Position numbers and translations under genes: made by a program. A stretch of 64,000 nucleotides of DNA from contig OZ024740.1 of NCBI GenBank assembly GCA_964016885.1, forward strand, positions 133,548,001 to 133,612,000, read 5' to 3'. This document shows positions 13,640 through 26,842 of this stretch, piece by piece (the stretch's first letter is position 1; each line of letters starts with the position of its first letter). The notes beneath the pieces were generated by a model. It was given only the letters and a program-made list of their open reading frames with translations, had not been told where the DNA came from and searched no databases. The DNA comes from Eledone cirrhosa (Eukaryota).

Positions 13640-14345
13640 AAACATCCAATGCTGCAGGTTTTGTTCGTCTGGTGGTCCCGGTGGAAAGAATGAAGAATAC
13701 ATTGCCTCGGAGGCTGGCAGGGGAGACACGCTGCAACAACCACTCCATCTCGCAGAGCTCATTCTTGCAAATAGTCAAGTCCATCCCGATAGCAGTGAGT
13801 AAGGATGTGGTCTGGGGGTTCAGAACGTCGGAAGTCTCCGTGTAACAGGCTCGACTAAAATACTATCAGAGAGTGACCGATACATTGACAGTTTTCCCTC
13901 TTCAGCCTGTCAATCAGTGAAACCTAAGCTAGTTGCTGAATACCCCAGGATGCCGCTGGAGAAGCTGTTCCAACATGCATCATCTCGAGCAAAGGGCCTG
14001 CCATAGCGGAACGAGAAGATTGTTATGCAGTCTAACCTTTCACCGTTCCCTCAGTCCAGCTCTGCTACCTTGAGCTGGGAAGGAAAGCCTGTGGGGTCCA
14101 GACCATGCTTTATTATCTCGTTGAGAGCATCATAGTGTAGGAGGCGGTCACCATGGCATGACTGTGGGTGGAAGTCGAAAGAATCCACCGGGGATTCGCA
14201 GCGGCATTTGTGAGGCTCATATATCCGGAGGCTAAGCCTTAGGGAAAGAACGATGTGTATTCAATCTTTCTCCGATGGAGTGCCAGTCAAGGGTGATGGT
14301 ACTGCCTTAAACCAGACACCACTGTGGGTTTGGGAGGTTGAGTGG
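13640..14345 (-). mobile_element. Degenerate CRE/NeSL-type (restriction-like endonuclease) non-LTR retrotransposon 3' fragment
   Basis: Minus strand resembles the Cys/His region and G(K)RPDG..WD..AEE.K..Y endonuclease region; similar to 15555-16045. Confidence 0.55.
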
Positions 14346-14869
14346 AAACAAATATATAATTAAGGTTAAACGAGAATATTGAAAGTTGCTGCAGTCATTC
14401 GCGCAATCTTTAGCAGAAAATACATTATACAAGTAATCATTTTTATAGTTTGCTTGTTGTGTTTTTGTTTCTAAAGTAGCACGAAATCTAGATAACTTTT
14501 AGAATATTCACACATTCAAGGAATGTTCCTTACCAATTTATACGACCTATTTCATTGACTTAGCAAGGAATTTATTATGCATTTAGAAAACTAGCATAGA
14601 ACATGCTACATATTTTAAGCCCTAAGGCATGTAAATCCATCTCCGCTGCTATCGTGCATTAACTTCATTCGACGGTTCTTCTGCAGTTAAAAGCCCATAA
14701 ATTGTTTCAGCTGTTCTTTTCGCATTTGCATTAAATAAACATTTCCTGTTATTTAATACAAATACGAAATGTTCCGTGATATTATTTCTCAAATTGTTCA
14801 TCTGTGCATTCCCGCGTAATCGTGTGTAATAGCCAAAATATATATATATCACACCAGTGATATATACAT

Positions 14870-14900
<31 letters not shown>

Positions 14901-14952
14901 TATATATACACATATGTGTGTGTGTGAATGTGTGTGGGTGTGTGGGTGTGTA

Positions 14953-14989
<37 letters not shown>

Positions 14990-15174
14990 TCTAATTGATA
15001 CGTCGAAAAATATGTTCCCATTTTGGTTTTTGTGCATAAATTCTTCAGAGCTTCTTAGGTAGTATACAATCTGTTACCCAGTTCAACACTTATCTTCGAC
15101 GATTTAAACGTGGGTGATCCTATCACTTTCGAATTCGGTACAGGGATGATTTTCGAGACAAAGAGAGAGATAGA

Positions 15175-15210
<36 letters not shown>

Positions 15211-15554
15211 AGTGATACGGACAGACAAAGAGACAGGGTAGTGTGTGAGGAAGAGAAAGAGGAAAAATTGATCGCAATACATTACTGGTACTATATTGAA
15301 CTCTAAAAGATGAATGGCGAAGTTTACATTAGATGGTTTTGAGCTGAGAGAGCAGAGGTCCGAAAAGGAATACCGCAATCCATTTTGTCCGCTTATGTGA
15401 CGACGAAAAAAAGGGGAAACAAAAGGAAAGAAAGAATTAGGAATTAGAGAAAAAAGAAAAGAGAGAAATAAAGAAGAAAAAGAACGGGAAGCGGAGGGAA
15501 TGGCAAGTCTCTGGTGTCACAGAAGAGAGAGGAGGTGTGAAACGGGAGGGTGAT

Positions 15555-16045
15555 TAGGCTTTGGGCCTAAGGCAAGAGGACAGAAGTGCTTCGCCTAGTT
15601 GACAGGACTGCAAAAGATTTTCCCCGGATGATGGCCAGTGACACCCACTGCAACAGCCTCCCAACCTCGCGAGGCTCCCTCCCCAGACGGGCCGTCGACG
15701 ATCCGATCTTGCGGAGGAGCTGGGCAGTACGGGGTCCAAGTACGCCTGAGGTCTCGGCGATGACCGTTCTTCTGCGAGACGGGCTGCGATACTGGGGTTT
15801 GTGGCCAAAGCAACTAAATGGGGGCGGAGAACGTTTCGCAGCAGGTGGCGTCCCAGTTGAGGGATCTACCTCCTTCAAATTGGAAGAGAGTGATTCCGTC
15901 GGGTCGCTTGTCATCTCCGCGGTCTAGGGGACAGCTCAGGTTCGGCCGTCTGGATGAGAACTTCGCTAACGAGAGTGTGACAGAAGGAGATGGAGGAGAG
16001 GTAAGCAGGTAAAGCTAGGTCCGAAGCTGATCGGAGGCCGATGCC
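15555..16045 (-). mobile_element. CRE-type RLE non-LTR retrotransposon C-terminal fragment
   Basis: IAETSGVLGPRTAQLLRKIG..GREPREVGRLLQWVSLAIIRGKSFAVL is the typical RLE C-terminus; GC-rich island. Confidence 0.7.
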
Positions 16046-17769
16046 ACAGAATTCTAAATTGCTACAAACTCTAAGCTCCACAATAGCTGACGCAGTTTTA
16101 TAATGGCTTCACGTATATAAATAACATTGCCGAATTTCCATAGGATAATTCAAATTAGGTTAAACAAAATAAAATATTTGAAGTTGTTTTAAATAATCAT
16201 GCATATATGTATGTATAAATAGCTAAATATTAAACCCGTATTAGCTCTTAATATTCGTGCATGGTGTCATCTGCGTTTATTATATTTTAAGAGTCAATCA
16301 TTTTATGAAGCATAGAGCAGAGTTGAATTTTGAATATAAGTCAGTTTATTGTAAGCTGCTACACTGTATATTTGACCATGTATAAATAGTCGAATAATTT
16401 GGGTCGGGAAAAGGTGAACAATGGGGCCAGTAGGAATTAAAACAAGAAAGCAAGTCTGACCACTTTCCTTTCATTTTTCAGCTTTTTCTGTCAGCCAATA
16501 CATGAGAATAAATAAATATAAGATTTAAATATGATGGTTAAGTATTCTGTTTGGGTTTCATGTCATGGTAACACATTGGTCTAACATACTCCAGAGAAAG
16601 GTAGGAAGTCTGATAGATATGTTGTCACTCACTAATAGTCCACTCTGTTACCTATCGACATGCTGCCAACTTTCTCTATCCCCTTCTCTCTCTCTTGATT
16701 TTCTACCGTTACTAAATTCACCCTCCCTTGAAACAGACTGCTTCTGAATTCAGACACTGTTAACTCGTCACTATATGATGTTCAAATCCCTAGCATCCGC
16801 ACCAAATAGCACGCCCTATTGTTCCCTCTCAGAATTGACTTGAAACTGTTAATGAGAAAGATTATCCACGTTGTACTCGCCGGAAATCGAGGGGCTGCAA
16901 AAAACATGAACACAACCTTACTCTATTTTAAAATTTAAAAAAATATATTTGTTCATTTATTTACTTGACTAAAAAAAGCACGTAACAAAGGTTGGAAAAA
17001 TAATATTTTCTATATGTGTGTGTGTGTGGGGAGGGGGGTGGGATAGAGAGACAGGGTTTTGTTTGTGTGTGGACTGCATGTTTTACAGTGCAATATAATG
17101 ACGATAGTCAATCATTGCCAGGAATATTTCATTTGTTTACTTCGCTAAACATACAAATATGAAAGTTTATTGGACTTCTTTTTTTGTGTCAACGAACATG
17201 TCTATCATGTTTTATACAATTTTAATATACAGTCTTTCATCTTCATTAAGTATTGATTTTGCGTCGAATTATTATAATTGTCAATCTATATCTATCTTTT
17301 CCAATTTAGTTTTGTTCTTAAAAATTAATAATATTTTCACAGATAAAGCGAATAGACAATAGACACATGAAAATAAAATCACGTTTCATATTGAAATGAA
17401 TAAATAATATATTCTCTATCTTCGCCGTAAACAGTTCTGTATCTAGCAGTGTGGTATTCATAAAATATATGGCATTTGATGTCTGATCAGAACGGCAAAG
17501 AAAGTTGTATGATCATTTTTGACAGTTAATATACACTATTATATACAGGAAAAACTGAAACATCGAGAACACAAATATGCTGAATATATTTTTAAAAATA
17601 GAGATTGAGAGGAATAAGAATGAAGAGGCCTAGTTAGATTTCTGTTCTAGTAACGGGCTTTCTATTGTGAACATGTTCTTCCAATACAAAGACATCCATA
17701 GATACACATGACATAAAAGAAATCGAGGACAGAGATCAGTAACTGATTTTATTACCGTCTCTGGTGTCG

Positions 17770-18830
17770 GCTTATTACCATCTAGTTATCTAAAAACTGA
17801 GATTACATAAAGCCAAGCAAACCCACACAACAAACAGGTCCAGCTCGACCTACAGGTTAAAGTAGGAAGCCATGAAGTCCATGAAGGTAGATAAAAAGGG
17901 ATCCAAATTCAGCCAACTCTGTAAACAAACTGAGGACGCAGAAAGGGAGTGGAAACTCTTCGGCGCAACAGTTTCTGTTTTAGATATGAAATGCTACCGG
18001 CGCCAAAAGCCCGGTGTGGGGGTACCCCTGGGGCCATCAACTGGTTAATGATACCACCGAGCAGTGAAGAACGCCCACAAATCTTAGCTTGGAAATAAGT
18101 CTTTTTTCTCGACTTGTGGTAAAAAATGTCGAATCAGAGAGATTAAAGGCGTCAATAACACGTCGCCTTCCAATGCTGAGGCTAATCTCTTTGGGGTTGA
18201 TGTGACCAGTGCCATTAAAACGCTGAAATGTGACATGAAGTTGTATTAGGATGAAAATACTTTGAAATGAGCAAGTATTCTCTGGCTGATTCTTGTATGC
18301 CAAGTGGTTTGGATCTCTGGAAAGGCACCTAAGCAAATGTGAACCAAGATATATACCCTTTTATATCGGGAGTGATAATCCGAATTTTCAAAAGGGAAGA
18401 CAAGAAAGTTTGCTCTGATTATAGAGGGATCCCTCTGATTAGTGTCTTACAAAGGAAAGTATTGTCGAGTCCAAGTTAGCCGACGAACAGTATTCGACCA
18501 AATATTCACACTGTGGCAGGTTCCCGAGAAAACTTGGGAGAATTGCCAGGAGGGTCTATGCATGTTTCGCACACATCGAAAAAGAAAACGACCACGTTCA
18601 ACTTGTTGAAGGTCCTGCAAGAGTATTGGATCTTGTTGCCCTAAATGTTCTACACGAATACTCTATTGTTTGTATTTGGATAATTCAAAGTGGGTGTTGC
18701 ATTCTACCAATTATGCGTACAGTCACTTCTCCTGTTCTTAATTTTCATGAATAGGATTGACATGCGCAGCCAGGGTGGAAATTGCAATGAAAGAGTTGGA
18801 CATAAGATCAGTCTGCTAGAATTTGTAAAA
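17770..18830 (+). mobile_element. Highly decayed RTE-like LINE fragments
   Basis: Remnant RT motif DQIFTLWQV.EKTWE..F..IEK..DHV near 18495-18600; LLFLIFMNRID near 18725. Confidence 0.5.
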
Positions 18831-18851
18831 GACAGAGAAGTACTTTATGAC

Positions 18852-19012
18852 AGAAGAAGAAGAAGAAGAAGAAGAAGAAGAAGAAGAAAGAAGAAGAAGA
18901 AGAAGAAGAAGAAGAAGAAGAAGAAGAAGAAGAAGAAGAACAACAACAACAACAACAACAACAACAACGACAGCAACAGCAACAGCAACAACAACAACAA
19001 CAACAACAACAA
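18852..19012 (+). repeat. Compound microsatellite (GAA)n(CAA/CAG)n
   Basis: Directly visible. Confidence 0.95.
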
Positions 19013-19337
19013 CATATGCAACATTAGCTACAGCAATAACAGATATGCGATAGGTTTATATATAATAAACGTTATAAAAGTCTCACTCTAAGGGTTTTAA
19101 GCTGTGATTATTTCTCAGGTATCTCAGAAATTGTGTGAGAACGCCAGGCACTAGATATTCAAGATGTTTTGTCCCTCAGCAGAAATATGTGCTTACTCCA
19201 GCCATGCGAAATAAGTTCCCCAGCAGCTGCTTTATACGCAAGGACAATATAATCTATGTGGTATATATATATACATATATATGAGTGTGTGTCTGTATTG
19301 ATATACACATCTATATATATACTTATATGTATGTATG

Positions 19338-19407
<70 letters not shown>

Positions 19408-19411
<4 letters not shown>

Positions 19412-20585
19412 TAATTTAATATATCAACTAACATAAGCGCACAGATGCACGCCCATGCTAGCAAATACACAGGTTATGTCATAGTACCTAGGTGGTTCAA
19501 TGCAGGAGAATGCAGAACAATAATATAAAAGACGTAAAATAAGAAAATATTTAAAAAAAAAAAAAGATTTTTTCCTTCAAAAGCGAAGGCCAACGAAGAG
19601 GGGTAAAAGCTGCAAGGATACTTGCAGCAACACCACCACCATCACCATCACCAACACAAGCATCGCCACCAACAACAACCACACCACCACCAGCATCACC
19701 AAAAACACCAACAACGCAAACACAACAAAACACACACACCCAACAGCAACAAAATCCCCCCTCCTCCCAAATAGTACACAGCCATAAACATGGCAAATAA
19801 AAAACTCTTACAACATATAAAGCAGCACACAGACATCACAGAAAAAAACTACTACACTCCACCAACACCAAGAACTCTCCCGACAAACATAAACATGATT
19901 GAAATCAAAATAGAACATTGCAAATTATTAAAACAAAAATTCACCAACGCAGTTGGAGACTTCAGAGGGTCGGTTACCATTTTTTTTATTTTTTTTTTTT
20001 TTTTAAATATTTTCTTATTTTACGTCTTTTATATTATTGTTCTGCATTCTCCTGCATTGAACCACCTAGGTACTATGACATAACCTGTGTATTTGCTAGC
20101 ATGGGCGTACATCTGTGCGCTTATGTTAGTTGATATATTAAATTATCTATATTTATCTCCAAATCACTGATTTGTTGAGCAAACTTGCCAAAACCACTTC
20201 TAAAAAAATTTTTTTTGGGGTGTTAGTAGGCGTCAGTCATCTTACCATCCCATTCCTTCTAACTAGCCTCTGTGTCACGTGATTGATTCTTTAGAATCGG
20301 CCATTTGACTGGAAGCAGTGAGAATTTCGGTACATAGAATCCAGTCCTCGCAAGCTGTTCGATCTACCGAATTATTATTATTTTTATATGAGCCGCCAGT
20401 GTCCGCGCATTGCCTGGAGACTTAACTGAGAATAGACTCCCTGATGACGCAATGAATTCTCGACAGTTGGATTACGTAACTGTCTTTATCCCATTGCAGA
20501 AACTAATTAGTTGGAGTGAAAATTTAAGTAAGTAAAAAATTAAAAAAAATTTTTTTTTTTTTTTTAAATATTTTCTTATTTTACG

Positions 20586-20592
<7 letters not shown>
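19408..20592 (+). mobile_element. Non-coding HHR element (about 570 nt unit with terminal redundancy) preceded by an inverted copy of its 5' part; PLE pseudo-LTR/retrozyme-like
   Basis: 19408-19560 is the reverse complement of about 19990-20150. TTTTAAATATTTTCTTATTTTACGTCTTTTATAT occurs at about 20000 and 20562. (TA)n on both sides. Homologous to 33290-34395. Confidence 0.75.
20436..20517 (+). ncRNA. Type I hammerhead ribozyme with extended stem II
   Basis: ACTCC-CTGATGA-C-GCAATG...GACAGTT..AACTGTC...CATTGC-A-GAAA-CTAATTAGTT-GGAGT; palindromic stem III AACTAATTAGTT. Confidence 0.8.
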
Positions 20593-20623
<31 letters not shown>

Positions 20624-20629
20624 TATATA

Positions 20630-21231
20630 TGAATAAAGTTAATATATCTGAGGGTACAAGGTACCCCCAGAAATACATAGGTTGTGTATGATTCAAGGTG
20701 GTTCTATGGTAATAATTTGATATACCAGAACTTAATATCAAGATAAGCAGAACAAGCAAAATTCAACCAATTTTTCAAAATAAATCAAAATTAATTTACA
20801 ATTAAATTTAATCAAAATAAAAAAATATAATATAAATATTTACCTATTCAAATAGCCCTTACTGTACAGTTTCACTTTGCAAAACATTAGATATCACATG
20901 GATATTAATGGAAAAACAAAGATCATCAGAGAAGCATTTTCCCTTCCTAGGGTTAAAAACCTCAGGAACGATAAAATATATGACCTCGTCTCCAACTGAC
21001 ACGAGTCTAAAGGTCATAAAAGTGACCCGTATGTTCGCTGGTGTGCAGTGAAGGCGGGAAATCGTAGACTTGTTGTCTATAGTCGCCACTAAAAAAATAG
21101 CAGCTAGATAGAACGACAGATTTGTTCTCTACATAACGGAGAATAATGAATAAAGTTAATATATCTGAGGGTACAAGGTACCTCCAGAAATACATAGGTT
21201 GTCTATGATTCAAGGTGGTTCTATGGTAATA
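20630..21231 (-). mobile_element. Non-coding HHR element, about 517 nt unit plus about 85 nt terminal direct repeat, in (TA)n
   Basis: GAATAAAGTTAATATATCTGAGGGTACAAGGTACC..GGTTCTATGGTAATA at 20631-20714 and 21148-21231; internal HHR. Confidence 0.75.
20855..20935 (-). ncRNA. Type I hammerhead ribozyme
   Basis: Minus strand GCTTCT-CTGATGA-T-CTTTG...CAAAG-T-GAAA-CTGTACAGTA-AGGGC; palindromic stem III ACTGTACAGT; GUA site. Confidence 0.72.
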
Positions 21232-21637
21232 TCTATATATATATATATATAAATGAAAGGTATAGAAAACACTGCAGCGAAAAGCGAACAGCATTCCATA
21301 GTATGTAAGTGACTATAGCGTCAAAATGGGAAAAATAGTTAACGTAAGATGTGGGAAAAATAATTTAAACTCATCCTAAAGAGAATCAGGATATAAATTC
21401 ATCCACAGAATTTAGTGAAATCCAGGGAAAAATCAATAGAGCCTTAACTCATGATAAAATAAAGTTCAAGATACCTATCCTTCAATTTGGAAAAACTTCA
21501 AATGCTCTGTATAGTCGTAAGACTATTTCATGAAAACTTTCAGCGAAGATGGTCACGGTTGGAGTTCATCATCAGCAGAGCTCAACTCGATAACCAGGAT
21601 TCTCGCAGATTAATATACCAAAAAGGGAATTCTAAAG

Positions 21638-21675
<38 letters not shown>

Positions 21676-21678
<3 letters not shown>

Positions 21679-23700
21679 TTAGTTAAGCAAAACAAGACCA
21701 CAAATTTCACAAGGAAGACATTATTAAAAGATTGTCAACATATTTTAGTTTGATGCAAGGAATGTAGAGAATAATAATAATAATAATATTAATAATAATA
21801 ATGTCCGTTTACAATTGTTTCGCTACTCCATATAATATTTCTGGATCAGATGACTATATATCATTATTGATCTGGTTCAGTTGAAAATAATTAACATATT
21901 TAAAAAACAGAGCGGCTCATCGGAACTTCAAAGGAATATAAATTAAAATAATGAGAGAATGTTACATAATATTATGTTTCATATATTGATTTTTCACTAT
22001 GCTGTCTTGGTTGCATCAGTTGTCAGCCATAATCAAGCAGTATTCATCTGTCGAGGCTGCATTGTGTGAGATCTGCCTATGGGTAACAAGATGGCTGCCA
22101 AAGCACATATTTACCTTACTAATTAGAGGGTGGTTTAAAGGAAAGTAACTCCTCGAGAGATTAGAAATTGTGGGTAGTTTATAGTTAAGTGCTAATTTTT
22201 AAACGTTTTAATTGAGAAACAATGTAGGGGAGGTAACTTATAATTATCTAAGTTAGTCATAGCTATTTAACTTATTAGCTACAAGTAAAAATGGGCTAGA
22301 TGACTAAGTTGGGTCAAATATTCTATTGGCGAAGGAATTAGCCCTTCGATGATGAAAGCTAATAGTTACCTCCGTTCTATCGTTAATCGGTAGAGGTCGT
22401 GATAGAGTTATGTAATATGCTTCTGTAATACAGAGATCACAAGATTTTCTTCGTCCATTGAACGGTTGGGCCCTAGCCACGATATCCCATTTTAGTGAGT
22501 ATTGAACGTTGCTTAATTTAAGGTTTTTAATGAGCCTAGCTAGCGATGTCGAACATCTGTTGCTAGGGTCTCGGAAGGAGAAAGAGTGCACGTTATAGCG
22601 TACCTTAAAAGGGTTAGAGCTAGACCCGATATAAGAGCTGGTATTCGAAGCAGTTTCAACCGTGCACCTATAGACTATGTTGGGTGTCAGGGAGTGTCAA
22701 TTTAATGGGCATGCATTAGGGTAACGGCAGTTGCAGTTGCTTCTGCGGTTAGTGAGAGTAGGGTAGTTTAACCTAACCGGTAGGTCAGTGTTAGAAGGAT
22801 TAGATGGGGGAGGTGTGCTACTAGAGTCATTATTGGTGTAGTGGCGTGGTGTATTTGATAGGGGTGGTGGAACCGCGGTGTGGGAGTTATACTGTCTTAG
22901 TTTATGATGGTTACTGAATGCGATGTGGCTAGCTAGGTTAGGTGTTGTGGAGAATGAGATTTTAATCTTATTTTTATTAAAGAGTTTGTAATATCTATTG
23001 TTGGGGGAGGGGGGGGGGCGGTTTAGATAGGATAGAGAAGAAGCATTTAGGGATATTAGTGGCTAGACTAGATGAGAATGGGGGGTTAAGCCAGGTGATA
23101 TTTATAGGTCTATTCCTTCTAGGGGTTCTAGTGGAGTTGGTAGGGGCCTTCCTAGGGTTATTATTACCTGGGGATTTGTTATTCGTAATCCCATTTCTCA
23201 TTCCTATTCTAGGGTTGATTTTTAGTTTGCTCCGGTCTCTCTATCACCATCGAGCCGAAACAAAGTAGTACACTTCCTGGACATCACCCTGGATCTCAAC
23301 ATAAACCTACATTACCCTTACCATAAACCAGGTGAAATACTCACATATATTAGCCCACACTCTAACCACCCACCGGCAGTCATCAGAGCAGTAATCAAAT
23401 CTATCTCGTATAGGATCTCAATGCTATCAGCAAATGAGGTGATATTAATAAACCATGCACAATATTATAATAAGGCTCTTTCTGGTTATGAACAATCAAT
23501 TTATTACATACCTAAATGCCATAACACAGCAATTCACCATAATAAACTTAACACTAGAACTAGAAATACCTTAGCATATAGCCGGATTCGCCAGAATTTT
23601 AACAGTAACAGCACCTATACAGGGAAGTTTAATGGTGGCAGCGGCCTGCTCCCCACTCCAAGTAGCAAACTAAAAATCAACCCTAGAATAGTTGGCTTCT
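21676..23700 (-). mobile_element. Penelope-like element with 5' inversion: GIY-YIG and pseudo-LTR on minus, RT-thumb fragment on plus
   Basis: Minus: ITWLNPPFSSSL, CNCRYPNACPL, YIGSSSNPFKVRYNVH, KWDIVARAQPF..CDLCITEA. Plus 23240-23480: VHFLDITLDL..YHKP..SNHPP..RISMLS. Inverted junction segments at about 23203-23231 and 23663-23691. Confidence 0.82.
21807..21926 (-). ncRNA. Hammerhead ribozyme variant (CCGAUGA) with long stem II insert in the PLE pseudo-LTR
   Basis: Minus strand GTT-CCGATGA-GCCGCTC...GAGTAGC-GAAA-CAATTGTA-AAC; palindromic stem III ACAATTGT. Confidence 0.6.
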
Positions 23701-24118
23701 TGCTACAATAATTTCTATACTTTTCATTTATATATATATATATATAAGGGAGAGCTAGAGCGAAAGAGTGGAGGTGAGATTGAGAGAGATACAGAGACAA
23801 AGAGGGGCTAACAGACCGCCGGACAGACTACGTTTGGGGAAGGTGAGATTAGAAGTTAACAAAATATCGAGCATATCTATCTATGTGTATAATTATGGGT
23901 ATGAGTATGACAACAGATATTGTGATTTATAGATATCCTTATAGACCGATATATACACATATGCACTAACGCACAACACAGAATGTTGTTTGTTTCTTTA
24001 TACATATGTACGTGTGTTGGTATCCATACCTACATCCATGTATTCATAGTTACATGAATATACTTACATATATAAATATACGTACTAAAGCAGCTATATA
24101 CATATGTATGTATGTATG

Positions 24119-24191
<73 letters not shown>

Positions 24192-24481
24192 GAAACAAAA
24201 TGAAAACGAAATTTCATTTCTCACTCTTAGTATGGCACTTACTTAAATGTAAGTATGCATGTATACGTACATACATATATGTATACAGACGTACAGTAGC
24301 ATGCACATATATATACATATATACATATGCACACAGGTACACATACATATATGCACGTATCAGTTTAGCGGCGCTTATTATAACGTCGCTTTGTTCGTTT
24401 GTAAACAAACTGAACAGCCTGAATTTATGCCATACGGTGTTAAGGCAACCACGTCACCTTTTTGTTCAACACTGACACAGG

Positions 24482-24526
24482 AACGATGTACTAGTTTCAA
24501 GCTTGTTAGCTATCATCAGCACCGTT
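24482..24526 (-). ncRNA. Type I hammerhead ribozyme (inverted arm of the array)
   Basis: Exact reverse complement of 24962-25006. Confidence 0.85.
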
Positions 24527-24961
24527 TACCCATCTGCCAGATAGTTGAACGTTCGAAAGTATATACTTCCCTTATGAAAATTAAGGCTGAGCAGCCTAAT
24601 TTGCATATTGAGTGAGTTAAATCGGTCAGGCATACCGAAAACGATAAATTGAAACAAAATGAAAACGAAATTTCATTTCTCACTCTTAGTATGGCACTTA
24701 CTTAAATGTAAGTATGCATGTATACGTACATACATATATGTATACAGACGTACAGTAGCATGCACATATATATACATATATACATATGCACACAGGTACA
24801 CATACATATATGCACGTATCAGTTTAGCGGCGCTTATTATAACGTCGCTTTGTTCGTTTGTAAACAAACTGAACACTCAATATGCAAATTAGGCTGCTCA
24901 GCCTTAATTTTCATAAGGGAAGTATATACTTTCGAACGTTCAACTATCTGGCAGATGGGTA

Positions 24962-25006
24962 AACGGTGCTGATGATAGCTAACAAGCTTGAAACTAGTAC
25001 ATCGTT
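24962..25006 (+). ncRNA. Type I hammerhead ribozyme, unit 1
   Basis: AACGGTG-CTGATGA-T-AGCT-AACA-AGCT-T-GAAA-CTAGTA-CATCGTT; palindromic stem III ACTAGT; predicted cleavage after GUA at 24999. Confidence 0.88.
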
Positions 25007-25420
25007 CCTGTGTCAGTGTTGAACAAAAAGGTGACGTGGTTGCCTTAACACCGTATGGCATAAATTCAGGCTGTTCAGTTTGTTTACAAACGAACAAAGC
25101 GACGTTATAATAAGCGCCGCTAAACTGATACGTGCATATATGTATGTGTACCTGTGTGCATATGTATATATGTATATATATGTGCATGCTACTGTACGTC
25201 TGTATACATATATGTATGTACGTATACATGCATACTTACATTTAAGTAAGTGCCATACTAAGAGTGAGAAATGAAATTTCGTTTTCATTTTGTTTCAATT
25301 TATCGCTTTCGGTATGCCTGACCGATTTAACTCACTCAATATGCAAATTAGGCTGCTCAGCCTTAATTTTCATAAGGGAAGTATATACTTTCGAACGTTC
25401 AACTATCTGGCAGATGGGTA

Positions 25421-25465
25421 AACGGTGCTGATGATAGCTAACAAGCTTGAAACTAGTACATCGTT
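25421..25465 (+). ncRNA. Type I hammerhead ribozyme, unit 2
   Basis: Identical to 24962-25006, offset 459. Confidence 0.88.
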
Positions 25466-25879
25466 CCTGTGTCAGTGTTGAACAAAAAGGTGACGTGGTT
25501 GCCTTAACACCGTATGGCATAAATTCAGGCTGTTCAGTTTGTTTACAAACGAACAAAGCGACGTTATAATAAGCGCCGCTAAACTGATACGTGCATATAT
25601 GTATGTGTACCTGTGTGCATATGTATATATGTATATATATGTGCATGCTACTGTACGTCTGTATACATATATGTATGTACGTATACATGCATACTTACAT
25701 TTAAGTAAGTGCCATACTAAGAGTGAGAAATGAAATTTCGTTTTCATTTTGTTTCAATTTATCGTTTTCGGTATGCCTGACCGATTTAACTCACTCAATA
25801 TGCAAATTAGGCTGCTCAGCCTTAATTTTCATAAGGGAAGTATATACTTTCGAACGTTCAACTATCTGGCAGATGGGTA

Positions 25880-25924
25880 AACGGTGCTGATGATAGCTAA
25901 CAAGCTTGAAACTAGTACATCGTT
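25880..25924 (+). ncRNA. Type I hammerhead ribozyme, unit 3
   Basis: Identical copy. Confidence 0.88.
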
Positions 25925-26338
25925 CCTGTGTCAGTGTTGAACAAAAAGGTGACGTGGTTGCCTTAACACCGTATGGCATAAATTCAGGCTGTTCAGTTTG
26001 TTTACAAACGAACAAAGCGACGTTATAATAAGCGCCGCTAAACTGATACGTGCATATATGTATGTGTACCTGTGTGCATATGTATATATGTATATATATG
26101 TGCATGCTACTGTACGTCTGTATACATATATGTATGTACGTATACATGCATACTTACATTTAAGTAAGTGCCATACTAAGAGTGAGAAATGAAATTTCGT
26201 TTTCATTTTGTTTCAATTTATCGTTTTCGGTATGCCTGACCGATTTAACTCACTCAATATGCAAATTAGGCTGCTCAGCCTTAATTTTCATAAGGGAAGT
26301 ATATACTTTCGAACGTTCAACTATCTGGCAGATGGGTA

Positions 26339-26383
26339 AACGGTGCTGATGATAGCTAACAAGCTTGAAACTAGTACATCGTT
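26339..26383 (+). ncRNA. Type I hammerhead ribozyme, unit 4
   Basis: Identical copy. Confidence 0.88.
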
Positions 26384-26797
26384 CCTGTGTCAGTGTTGAA
26401 CAAAAAGGTGACGTGGTTGCCTTAACACCGTATGGCATAAATTCAGGCTGTTCAGTTTGTTTACAAACGAACAAAGCGACGTTATAATAAGCGCCGCTAA
26501 ACTGATACGTGCATATATGTATGTGTACCTGTGTGCATATGTATATATGTATATATATGTGCATGCTACTGTACGTCTGTATACATATATGTATGTACGT
26601 ATACATGCATACTTACATTTAAGTAAGTGCCATACTAAGAGTGAGAAATGAAATTTCGTTTTCATTTTGTTTCAATTTATCGTTTTCGGTATGCCTGACC
26701 GATTTAACTCACTCAATATGCAAATTAGGCTGCTCAGCCTTAATTTTCATAAGGGAAGTATATACTTTCGAACGTTCAACTATCTGGCAGATGGGTA

Positions 26798-26842
26798 AAC
26801 GGTGCTGATGATAGCTAACAAGCTTGAAACTAGTACATCGTT
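26798..26842 (+). ncRNA. Type I hammerhead ribozyme, unit 5
   Basis: Identical copy. Confidence 0.88.
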
